A stretch of DNA of 64,000 nucleotides from the IMG/VR virus record IMGVR_UViG_3300022891_000002, positions 64,001-128,000 of that record. One strand, written 5' to 3'. A program made the position numbers and the translations under genes. Origin of the DNA: a virus. The notes under the pieces are model-generated. The model ran no database searches. It worked only from the letters and a program-made list of their open reading frames with translations, and was not told the origin of the DNA. Below are positions 21,512 through 30,445 of the stretch, in pieces. Positions within the stretch are counted from its first letter, which is position 1. Every line of letters begins with the position of its first letter.

Positions 21512-21582
21512 AGCGAATAAAGAGACTCGAACTCTTGACTTCTAGTTGGAAGCTAGAAATATTACCACTATACTATATTCGC
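21512..21582 (-). tRNA. tRNA-Gly(TCC)
   Basis: Minus strand GCGAATA TA GTAT AGTGGTA ATAT T TCTAG CTTCCAA CTAGA AGTC AAGAG TTCGAGT CTCTT TATTCGC T: canonical cloverleaf, CCA not encoded. Confidence 0.92.
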
Positions 21583-21583
21583 T

Positions 21584-21661
21584 TGGTGTCAGATTATGGA
21601 ATCGAACCACATTAATGTCTCCTTATGGTTGGAGATGAGTAACCGTTTCTCTATTTCTGAC
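21584..21661 (-). tRNA. Atypical tRNA (Met/Ile2 CAT-like) with an 8-nt anticodon loop and encoded CCA
   Basis: Minus strand GTCAGAA A TA GAGA AACGGTT ACTC A TCTCC AACCATAA GGAGA CATTAA TGTGG TTCGATT CCATA ATCTGAC A CCA. Confidence 0.7.
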
Positions 21662-21667
21662 TAATCT

Positions 21668-21697
21668 ACGCTAGCACAAACTAATTAATCTTGTCAA
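21668..21697 (-). promoter_or_regulatory. Putative sigma70-type promoter for the tRNA pair
   Basis: TTGACA, 18-bp spacer ending in TGC, then TAGCGT; lies 7 bp upstream of the first tRNA. Confidence 0.5.
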
Positions 21698-22503
21698 TCA
21701 TTATTTTGAATATACATCTGCTTAGCTAACTCATTTATTGCAGGAACTACTTTGTCCATGTTCATAGAATAAAGATTAGCACAAGAAAAAGAGTTAAGTT
21801 CTATTACTCCTATCCCTTTATTACTCATACCAATATCAACTGTAAAAGCTCTATCCGGAATTAAAACACTATTAGAGAAACTACGTAACGCATTTTCTAA
21901 TAGAAGTTTAGCTCCTTGGTACATTCCACTTTTAGGAGTATCCGAATATCTGATATAATCAACTATCTTTCTATCTACTACTAGAAATCTATACTCATCT
22001 TTTATATTTTTTTTACTAGCTTGAATTATTACTCTACTCTCTTCTAATCTCAACTTCTCTAACTCAGATTTAGTAAATAGTCCACCAGTAAAAATTTTAT
22101 CTCCTTCATTAGGTCGGAAAAAGAACTTCTTAGTAGTATCTCCTTCTCTACAATGTCTTTTTAAGATAGAAGGTAGAGTTATTGTCCAATCTTTATTTAG
22201 TAGATAGCCATTCCAACTAGGATAGTAGTTAAGACAATCAAAATTCTTAAGTGTACAAATAGCACCTGGGTCTAAAGGGTATTGATTAATTTCTTTAGCT
22301 AGTCTGAGACTTCCTATAAATATAGTAGCTACTTCATAATCTACTAAACCTCCAAACTTATCGTTATAGTCATAGGACATTACTTCTTGGTAAGTAGTTT
22401 CTTTATAATAGATATCTTTTTCTTTTAGGTACTCTACTAATCTATCTGTGTAGCTCAAGATATTTCTTTCAATTATCCACCTAACTTCTAGTTCTTTAGT
22501 CAT
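21694..22503 (-). CDS. ATP-grasp protein (R2K/DUF4343-like)
   Basis: FFRPNEGDKIFTGGLF, EYRFLVVDRKIV, AFTVDIG and VIELNSFSCANLY motifs; likely start MTKELEV. Confidence 0.75.
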   Translation of the reverse strand: MTKELEVRWIIERNILSYTDRLVEYLKEKDIYYKETTYQEVMSYDYNDKFGGLVDYEVATIFIGSLRLAKEINQYPLDPGAICTLKNFDCLNYYPSWNGYLLNKDWTITLPSILKRHCREGDTTKKFFFRPNEGDKIFTGGLFTKSELEKLRLEESRVIIQASKKNIKDEYRFLVVDRKIVDYIRYSDTPKSGMYQGAKLLLENALRSFSNSVLIPDRAFTVDIGMSNKGIGVIELNSFSCANLYSMNMDKVVPAINELAKQMYIQNND

Positions 22504-22946
22504 AGTACCATTCCTCATACCAAGCATGATTATTTCCTTTTCTCCAACCTAACTCTTCTAATTTTTTTAAATCCTCATTATCAAAATCTTTAGAGTCAGC
22601 AGAAAGACTAATAATATAAGTAGGTACATAAAAAGTTTCAGTTTCTATACTCATCTCTGCTGTACAATCATATCTCATAAATATAGCTATACCTTTAAGT
22701 AAGTTAGCTAGGTTAGTACATTGAGGTTCTTGTATATTAATCACTATTTTCCTCCTCTACTAACTCAGTATTTATTGAAATAATGGTATAAGACTCTTTC
22801 ATGTTTTCTATAGCATTACTAAGTTTTGAGATACCATTAATTACAAACTTTTGAGTGTACTTATAGTTATACTGCTCATTTGAACCTTTACGTCTAAAAA
22901 CTATAACAACTTCATACTTCATGACTACTATGCTCCTTCTCTTCAC
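22496..22946 (-). CDS. Two small hypothetical proteins (22496..22744, 22737..22946)
   Basis: Coupled small ORFs. Confidence 0.45.
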
Positions 22947-23421
22947 TTCTAATAGTTGATAAAATTTTTATGTCTAAGTCATAGACCTTATTTTGAGTAA
23001 CATAACTAAGACACTTAACTAACCATAATAAGACTGAGTAATATAGATAAGCAATCTTTTCTCCTTTAGTTACATAGCTTAGAAGCTCTTTAGTAGAGTA
23101 ACTAGATGCTGACCTACCTCTAAAGATTAAGTAGAATAGTATATTTCTCTTACTTACCTGTATATTAGTCTTAGTAACCTTACTATCTACTACTACTTTC
23201 TCTATTAGATACTTAGTAGGTATACTCCAACCTCTCTTATTCCTCAAAGCGAGGTTCCGACGAGCTAATAAACTAAACAACATTTTACTATGCTTCTTCT
23301 CATCTACTGACATCTGATAGAAGTAAGAAGAATACTCATCACCTCTCTTACTCACCTTTCTATAGAAGTTGGATAAGGAGTATTCATAAATAGCTAATTT
23401 ATAATAGATATGACTTAACAA
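22912..23421 (-). CDS. Ferritin-like (rubrerythrin-type) four-helix protein
   Basis: Two E...ExxH halves: YE..LSNFY...DEKKH and GEKIAYLYY...EEKEH. Confidence 0.55.
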   Translation of the reverse strand: MLSHIYYKLAIYEYSLSNFYRKVSKRGDEYSSYFYQMSVDEKKHSKMLFSLLARRNLALRNKRGWSIPTKYLIEKVVVDSKVTKTNIQVSKRNILFYLIFRGRSASSYSTKELLSYVTKGEKIAYLYYSVLLWLVKCLSYVTQNKVYDLDIKILSTIRSEEKEHSSHEV

Positions 23422-25132
23422 GAGTTTTTAACTTAGATACTACAACTCTCATTATAAAGCTGTAATCTAAGTCTTTTATATGTTCTAACTTAAGGTTCTT
23501 AGTAGAGAAGTAATACAAGTAGAGTCTAGTAAATACTCTCTTAAACCTTCTTGTCTCTACTACATAACTATCTAACACCTTTTTTCCATTATTTACTTGA
23601 AGTTCCTTATTAGTAGATAGTGAGTTAGGTAGTTGTCTGTACGTAACTAAATACTCCTTAGTACATTTGAATGTTGCTACCTTAGCTAGTTGAATAAGGA
23701 AATCCCAATCTTCACATCCGTTATACTCAACATTAAACCTAATATTATGTTCTTCTATTACTGAAGCTTTAACAAAGATATTAGAACCACAAGTAAGGAA
23801 GTTATACTCTAATGCGTCTTCATAAACATCTCCATTACAAATCTTACTATGATTCTTAGTTATTTCCCCATCTTTATCTATTAAAACTCTAGAATATACA
23901 CAATCTATATAAGGATATTTTTTAAATGTAGCCACTGACTTTTCTACTAATGTTGAATCCCATACATCATCTGCATCACAGAAGGAGACAATATCATAAG
24001 GAAAAGGTAGACCTCTATTTCTAGCTTCTGAAACACCAAAATGGTTTTGAGTAAATACACTAATTTTATATTTACTACTCTCATCTAATGAATTAATGTA
24101 CTTATCTACTACTTCTAGACTACTATCTGTACTCCCATCATCTACTATCATTATGTATATCTTCTGATATGTCTGATTAAGTAATGAAGATAGTGTCGCT
24201 TCTATGTACCTCTCCTTGTTATAAAGCGGAACTACTATAGTAACTAAAGGACTTTTCTCTACTTCTATTATTTGTTTTTTAGTAACTAAGTCATATACAT
24301 TAGTCTTCTTACTTGACTCACTAAAATAATTACTTATGTACTTTATCTCTTCCTTATGGTCATTAACTAAACTATTTACATTACTAAGTCTCTCTTTATT
24401 AACTACATCTACTTCTTTAAATAAGTTACTATGTTGTTCTTCTTCTAATACTTGAGGTAATACTTTAGTTAGGTTACTTACTCTATTAACTAACAGACCT
24501 CGAATATCTGAATCACTTAGGTCAAGATGTAGCTCATTAACTAAGAAATTGTATAATGTAAAGTAAGCATCTTCAGTTAAACCTCTATAAGTTACGTGGA
24601 AATGGTAAGGTATAATTATGTTCTGATGATACCAACTAATTTTAACTAACTCATCTGAAATATCTTTTCCATATACGTGTCTTTTTACTAAAGAGAGATT
24701 TGGTTCATGAGTCTTAGTAATTAAATTATGATATATATTTACTAATGATTCTTCATACTTCTCACAAGCTCCTAATATATCTTCTACCTCTAATACGTCT
24801 TTAGCTCTTAATATAGATAGAACTGTAGGAACTGGCGGGCGAGTAACATAGATAACATGAATATCTCTCTTACATACCTTCCTCAGTTGCTCTATTATGT
24901 CTAAGTAATGTACGTGTTCAGGAGTTTTTTCTATTACTATCTCTTCTTGTATTGAATCAAAGATATTAGCTAAATATTCAATAAGGTCAGTAGGTGAGAA
25001 ATTAAAAGGATTAGTTAGGCATTTAGTTTCATAAAGTATTTTAGTATTTTTCAATCCACATAGGTAGCTTAGTAGAAGTGTAGTACCTGACCTTGGTGAA
25101 CCCAAAATGAATATTAGTTTCTTATTATTCAT
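23399..25132 (-). CDS. Sulfotransferase-glycosyltransferase family 2 fusion
   Basis: N-terminal PAPS loop IFILGSPRSGTTLL and EKTP; C-terminal GT2 motifs VVPLYN, VDDGSTD, ARNRG, FCDADD and EDWDF. Confidence 0.85.
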   Translation of the reverse strand: MNNKKLIFILGSPRSGTTLLLSYLCGLKNTKILYETKCLTNPFNFSPTDLIEYLANIFDSIQEEIVIEKTPEHVHYLDIIEQLRKVCKRDIHVIYVTRPPVPTVLSILRAKDVLEVEDILGACEKYEESLVNIYHNLITKTHEPNLSLVKRHVYGKDISDELVKISWYHQNIIIPYHFHVTYRGLTEDAYFTLYNFLVNELHLDLSDSDIRGLLVNRVSNLTKVLPQVLEEEQHSNLFKEVDVVNKERLSNVNSLVNDHKEEIKYISNYFSESSKKTNVYDLVTKKQIIEVEKSPLVTIVVPLYNKERYIEATLSSLLNQTYQKIYIMIVDDGSTDSSLEVVDKYINSLDESSKYKISVFTQNHFGVSEARNRGLPFPYDIVSFCDADDVWDSTLVEKSVATFKKYPYIDCVYSRVLIDKDGEITKNHSKICNGDVYEDALEYNFLTCGSNIFVKASVIEEHNIRFNVEYNGCEDWDFLIQLAKVATFKCTKEYLVTYRQLPNSLSTNKELQVNNGKKVLDSYVVETRRFKRVFTRLYLYYFSTKNLKLEHIKDLDYSFIMRVVVSKLKTLVKSYLL

Positions 25133-25763
25133 ATACTTTACTTAGAATTTGGTACTTACCTATTAAGACATTAACGTTACCTACACAAGTAGTTATAGAG
25201 TCACCTACTCCTATAAGCTCTTTATTAGTAACTCTTTTCTTGAGTAATGCTAGTCGTTGCTCAACTTCTTCTATTTCAGATAATAAAGTCTCTTGAACAA
25301 TACCAAACTCTTCTTGTCTTTTCATAAGTAGTACCTTGTCATTGGTGAATAACCTTCTCTAGCTCTGTCACTAAACCAAAAAGTAGTTGTTAGAGAGTCA
25401 TCGTCTATCTCTTCTTCTCTGTACCAAACATACTCTACTTTATCTATATCTACTGTAGTTAACAAGAACCTCTCCTCTTCATCATTCCTTAAGTAGATAC
25501 TTCCTTCCTCAATATCTTCCTTTATATGTTCACTAACTGCATCTACAAACTCTTCTTTATCCACATGACCATCTGAGTAATAACCACAAATACTCTACAT
25601 CTTCTGTACCAGTAATAGATAACTCTTGATTCTTTTCCTCTCTTAGTCTTTGTAAACCAAGGTAGGTATAGATTAAAAACAACTCTTTGTTAATAAATCC
25701 CTCGACATATATATAATCTACCTTTTTGGTTATATCATCTTCTATCACATAAAAAGTATTCAT
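25125..25763 (-). CDS. Three small hypothetical proteins (25125..25325, 25322..25564, 25557..25763)
   Basis: Coupled small ORFs. Confidence 0.45.
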
Positions 25764-26152
25764 AAGAAGTTCTTGTAATTTACACTGAAAAACTGACCTA
25801 ATGTTTTTGCTTGAGCTTTTGATATCTCTCTCTTACCATTGAGAACCTCAGATACTACCCCTTTACTACCAATAATTCCTACTAAATCTTTCTGTTTGTA
25901 ATCGTGTAAATCCATACAACCTTTTAAGAATTCAAGAGGTTCTAATTCAGGAACAGGATAATGTTCAGTTTCATACTTTTCAATCAAGATACATAGTAGT
26001 TCATAGATAGCAATTTCTTCTGAAGTTTTCTCTTTATCGAAAAAATATGGCTCTACTAATTTTACATATTTATCTAACTCTTCCTCTGACTCAATAGGCT
26101 TGATAATAATTTCAGAAAATAGTCTGATATATTCTTCTTGGTTGAAAGTCAT
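25760..26152 (-). CDS. higA: HigA-type HTH antitoxin (cyanobacterial-like, orphan)
   Basis: MTFNQEEY..L....KPIESEEE...LLCILIEKYE..HYP...KQKDLVGIIGSKGVVSEVLNGKREISKAQAKTLGQFF. Confidence 0.85.
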   Translation of the reverse strand: MTFNQEEYIRLFSEIIIKPIESEEELDKYVKLVEPYFFDKEKTSEEIAIYELLCILIEKYETEHYPVPELEPLEFLKGCMDLHDYKQKDLVGIIGSKGVVSEVLNGKREISKAQAKTLGQFFSVNYKNFL

Positions 26153-26170
26153 GTGATTAATCTCCTCAAG

Positions 26171-26238
26171 TTTCTACTTTTTTAGAAATATAAGCTATAA
26201 TGTTAGTATGTCCAAATAAAAAAGGTGTCTCGAATTTA
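26171..26238 (+). promoter_or_regulatory. Promoter/leader of helicase-like copy 1, homologous to that of copy 2
   Basis: TTCTACTTTTTT with TATAAT starting 24 bp later, then AAAGGT-GTCT-CGAATTTA. Copy 2 has TGCTACTTTTT with TATACT 24 bp later, then AAAGGT-ACA-CGAATTTA. Confidence 0.55.
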
Positions 26239-27917
26239 TGTACTACTCAGACAAATACTCGGAAATTCCAAACGGAATAGTTAATAAAGCAGCTACAGGT
26301 ATAGGTTTAACCAGTTTTGCCTTAGAAAATGAAGTTCCGACCGTAGTTGTTACTCCCACAGTAGCAATGATTAAAAATAAGGTTTCCCAGTATCCAAACA
26401 ATAGAAGATTAGATTCAGTAATAGGACTTTACCAAGGAGTTTCTTTAAATAGCATTAAAGACTATATAGGAAAAACTACTGTCCCAAAGATAATGGTTAC
26501 TTATGACAGTTTTTATAAAGTAGCTCCTTTAATAGATAGTAGTTACCAAATAATTGTGGATGAGTTTTCTGAACTGCTAGACGCATATAACTACAGAAAT
26601 AAAGCAATATCCAAGCTATTAATTGAAATTCAGAAATTTAATAGAGTCTCTTATGTATCAGCTACTCCAACTAAAACAGAATATTTACCTCCTCAGTTAA
26701 AAGAACTACCTTATACTACTTTAATCTGGGATGATTTAACCAAAATCAATATTGACTTATTACATAAGAAGCGTCCTATTCAAACTGTTAGAGCTTTAAT
26801 TAATAAATATAAAAGTGGTTTAGTAGAGATTAATGGAATAAAGAGTGAAGCAGGCTATTTCTTTGTTAACAGCGTTCGGATGATTAAAGAAATATGTGAG
26901 AAAGCCGAACTACTAAACTCGGAAGTAAGAATTATTTGTGCGGATACAGATAAGAATAAACGGACATTAGGAGACTATGATATCTCTACTTCTCTTGACC
27001 CAGAGACTATGTTCACGTTTATTACTTCCTGTAGTTTTAAAGGATTAGATTTCTACAGTGAACGAGGAGTAGTCTTTGTAGTATCTAATAATACTAATAC
27101 TCATACATTAGTAACTATAGACACTGACATTATCCAAATAGCAGGTAGAATAAGAAATCCAACAAATCCCTTTAGAAACTATCTATGTCATATCTTCAAT
27201 ATCAATCCTTTAAGTCTAACAAGAGAAGAGTTCGTAAGAGTAACTGAAGAAAAGATAAAGCAAAGTAATACTCTACTACAAGGATATAGTAAGCTTACTG
27301 ATGAAGAAAGAGCCTTATTTCTATCTACTCAAAACTTAGAAAACTTCTATATTTCTGTTACAGAAGACGGAGTTCCTTACTATGATGAGATGTTGTACTT
27401 ATTAGATAAACGCAGATACGAAGATATAGCCCAAGTCTATAAAGATGGTTTATCTGTCAATAGTTATTACTCCTCTCTAGATAAAGTTGATATCTTACCT
27501 TCTACTAAACTAGACATTGATTACCTAGTTAATAACTCTTTTTATTCTCTTTGCAAAACTGCTGTTGAAGGGAAAGGTGATTTAGAAGTTATCTACGAAC
27601 AATTTCCTTTAATTAAAGAGGCTATAGAAAAGCTAGGAGTAGAAAGAGTTAAATGTTTAGGATTTAATAATACTAAAATACAACATGAAATCGACGACTA
27701 CAATAAGAAAGACTCTGTTAGAACAGTTGTACTAAAAGAAATAGAAAGAGATAGGTTCTATAGTTGTAAAGATATAAAGATAGCTCTTGGATATATTTAT
27801 ACTCGCTTAGGGGTACGTGCAACTGCTAAAGCTACGGACATCTTAGAATACTGTAACGCTAAACTTTGTTGTAAAAAAATAAATGATAAATCTGTGAAAG
27901 GTTATCTTGTAGAGTAA
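26238..27917 (+). CDS. Divergent SF2 helicase-like protein, copy 1 (origin-binding-helicase-like, basic wHTH-like C-terminus)
   Basis: Motif I NKAATGIGLT (no canonical Lys), II IIVDEFS, III VSATP, V TSCSFKGLDF, VI QIAGRIR; paralog of 38852..40639. Confidence 0.75.
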   Translation: MYYSDKYSEIPNGIVNKAATGIGLTSFALENEVPTVVVTPTVAMIKNKVSQYPNNRRLDSVIGLYQGVSLNSIKDYIGKTTVPKIMVTYDSFYKVAPLIDSSYQIIVDEFSELLDAYNYRNKAISKLLIEIQKFNRVSYVSATPTKTEYLPPQLKELPYTTLIWDDLTKINIDLLHKKRPIQTVRALINKYKSGLVEINGIKSEAGYFFVNSVRMIKEICEKAELLNSEVRIICADTDKNKRTLGDYDISTSLDPETMFTFITSCSFKGLDFYSERGVVFVVSNNTNTHTLVTIDTDIIQIAGRIRNPTNPFRNYLCHIFNINPLSLTREEFVRVTEEKIKQSNTLLQGYSKLTDEERALFLSTQNLENFYISVTEDGVPYYDEMLYLLDKRRYEDIAQVYKDGLSVNSYYSSLDKVDILPSTKLDIDYLVNNSFYSLCKTAVEGKGDLEVIYEQFPLIKEAIEKLGVERVKCLGFNNTKIQHEIDDYNKKDSVRTVVLKEIERDRFYSCKDIKIALGYIYTRLGVRATAKATDILEYCNAKLCCKKINDKSVKGYLVE

Positions 27918-27924
27918 GGTTACT

Positions 27925-27948
27925 GGGAGTTTTAGGACTCCCTTTCTT
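27925..27948 (+). terminator. Intrinsic terminator-like hairpin
   Basis: GGGAGT-TTTAGG-ACTCCC-TTTCTT, 8 bp after the stop codon. Confidence 0.6.
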
Positions 27949-28004
27949 ATCTACTTCTTTGGTATGTTAAAGTTTACAAAGGAGAAATAAACTATCAACT
28001 AATA

Positions 28005-29309
28005 ATGAAAACAAAACTACAACCTACCAGACAATTTGAAGAACAGTTATACACAACTAATCATTCCTCTAAGATATCTAAGTTATCTGACTCTACTATT
28101 CAAGAAATTAGTTGGGAAGGTAAGTATACTGTAGATGACTTAATCCACTTCATTCACAAAGACCCAATAGCAAAAGCTTGCGTAGATGTAAAATGTTTGA
28201 GAGCTGCTAATACATTCGGTACTTATCAACATAGTAAACCAGATATTACGGACTTCATGCAAGATATGTTCGGTAATATGAGAGATACATTAAAGAAAAG
28301 TGTAGCTGAATTATCTATTGCTCCTGCTCTTGGTTTTTCTGTAGCTGAAATCAATTTCAAGATGGATAAAGAAGGATATTTAAAACTAGAAAGTATCTAT
28401 CCATTAAGTTTAGAGAGAGTCAAATTTAAGGGTTCAAAAGGATATATTGAGTGGGTTCTTTATAATGACAGACATAAATCTAACATTCATATCCCATACA
28501 AGAAAGTCATTCATGTAACCAACTCTGCTGCTACTACATTCAACGACCCATTTGGAAATGCTGAGGCTGGACTGGCTTATCCATTTTGGAAGGCTAAAGT
28601 AGCTATTTTTGGAGACATGATTATTTCTACTAGAAACTTAGCTACTGGTATTTTAGTGGGAAGAGTTGATAGTGCTGCTACTATTAATGCTACAGTGACA
28701 GATGCTTATGGTAACACTCTAATGGGAAGAGACGGTCAACCTCTTCGGAAAAATGCAGCTCAAGTAATGTATGACAAGTTAAGTAATGTAGAAAACAACA
28801 CAATTATTGTTACCGATAAAGCTAATGAGATTACCGCTCTTAATGTTCCTGATGGTAGTCAGTCATGGGATATCTCTCTTAATAGATTTGATAAACTAAT
28901 TCATAGAGCATTTGGAGTTCCTCAATTAATCTTTGAAGAAGGTAGCGGTTCAATTGGAGTAGCAACACTATCAGTAAAACAATCTACTTTACTTGATGCG
29001 AATATAGAAGTTGTAGTAAATCAAATTCAAGACCAAATCATTGAGAAAATCTGTAAACCAATAATTATTAACAACTTTGGTAAACAGAAAGATTACGGTA
29101 AATTTACTATTGATTCTTCTTCCGACCCAGGAGTAGAAATGCAGCAATTGCAAAACATATTTACTGCGGTATCAATGGGAATTCTATCAGCAGATGACCC
29201 TGTAATAAATAATAGAATTAGAGGAATACTAGGACTTCCATTACAAACTGAACAAGAGATAGAAGAAGCAAAAGCTCTGAAGCAAATAGAACAACAAAGC
29301 CAAATTTAA
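28005..29309 (+). CDS. Portal protein (DUF935/Mu gp29-like)
   Basis: 434 aa; ALGFSVAEINF, HIPYKKVIH, DPFGN...AYPFWKAK, EKICKPIIINNFG and IRGILGLP; AAGGAG upstream. Confidence 0.7.
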   Translation: MKTKLQPTRQFEEQLYTTNHSSKISKLSDSTIQEISWEGKYTVDDLIHFIHKDPIAKACVDVKCLRAANTFGTYQHSKPDITDFMQDMFGNMRDTLKKSVAELSIAPALGFSVAEINFKMDKEGYLKLESIYPLSLERVKFKGSKGYIEWVLYNDRHKSNIHIPYKKVIHVTNSAATTFNDPFGNAEAGLAYPFWKAKVAIFGDMIISTRNLATGILVGRVDSAATINATVTDAYGNTLMGRDGQPLRKNAAQVMYDKLSNVENNTIIVTDKANEITALNVPDGSQSWDISLNRFDKLIHRAFGVPQLIFEEGSGSIGVATLSVKQSTLLDANIEVVVNQIQDQIIEKICKPIIINNFGKQKDYGKFTIDSSSDPGVEMQQLQNIFTAVSMGILSADDPVINNRIRGILGLPLQTEQEIEEAKALKQIEQQSQI

Positions 29310-29349
29310 ACGACTAACAGGAGTTAATGCCACCAGCTATGTAGTTTTA

Positions 29350-30181
29350 TTAGTAAGGTTCACCCGGATATTTATATTCTCTTACTTGAAGAAATAAATT
29401 TTTAGCATCTTCCAAAGGTTTCTCTAATTCTTTTAACTGCTTTTCAAATTCATCTGTCTTGTCACAAAATGTTACACAATCATCGAGAGCATCTTCTAAC
29501 TTATCTAGTTCATCATATTTAGAAAATACTAAATCTAATAATAATTCAAATTGTTCCTTGGTTAAATCTAGTTCTACTTTCATTCTTCCTTTTCTTCTGG
29601 AGATTTTTCAGTATCTTTATCTTTAGGAGATAGCCGTTCCATCTCATCTAAATATCCTCTAAGTACGTGAGGGGGAAATTTGTAAGCATTAGCTATTATA
29701 TCCTCATCAGAAATATAGACGATATTCTCTGAACTATCTGAATTATTTTCTTTATTTTTATCATTTGTCATATTAATTACTCTTCTTCTACTAAAGTATA
29801 TGACTCACAACCACATTCAGGACACTCAATAGTATCTGCATCAAACATCCAATCATCATAATAATCTCCCTCCTTATCGCAGATATTACATTTAACTTGT
29901 TGACTAATATATTGAAAAGGATAAAGACCACTAATACATCTTTTATCTAACGCGTTTAACAATTCTGAAACAGTAGAAGTAGAAACATTTAGAGAATAGA
30001 GATTCTTACCTTTCTCAAAATATATGTCTACTTCAGAATGTTTACCTAATACTTCACCAAAGAAAACTGTTCTTTTATCTAGGAACTTATCTATTTCTTC
30101 CTCAGTAGCAATAAATAACCCTTCAACATCTCCCATTCTTCCGTAATCTTCTGAGAATTTCCACAATTCTAGTTGAGTCAT
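29350..30181 (-). CDS. Hypothetical proteins (29350..29583, 29580..29771, 29777..30181; the last has a C-terminal Zn ribbon)
   Basis: The 29777 ORF has DYGRMGDVEGLFIAT...FGEVLGKHSEV, a recurrent phage motif, and CxxC...CPECG. Confidence 0.5.
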
Positions 30182-30193
30182 ATTAGTTCCTTC

Positions 30194-30445
30194 CTAATTT
30201 GCTAATGATTCTAACCAAGCTTGAACTTCATCTCTACTTATTTTTCTTAAGACTCTTTCTTTAGATTCAGGTACGTATTTTATGTACGAGACTGCATCTT
30301 TTATTGCTGCTTGTAGTTCTATTTGAAATTCTGGATTACCTCTTTCTACTTCTTCTAGTTTTCTATTAATCTCAACCTCATCATTTAGGTTAGTTACACC
30401 GATACTTAGTAAATAGTCTTCCCACTCTTTATCTTTGTTATTCAT
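30194..30445 (-). CDS. Small protein ending in an antitoxin-like motif
   Basis: C-terminal ISRDEVQAWLESL resembles the tail of CopG/ParD-like antitoxins. Confidence 0.35.
   Translation of the reverse strand: MNNKDKEWEDYLLSIGVTNLNDEVEINRKLEEVERGNPEFQIELQAAIKDAVSYIKYVPESKERVLRKISRDEVQAWLESLAN

Noticed and set aside
23572-23586. ACACCTTTTTT as an inverted partner of the AAAAAAGGTGT upstream of helicase-like copy 1
   Set aside because: It lies inside the GT2 coding region on the wrong side of the gene and is short and low in complexity, so it is probably chance.
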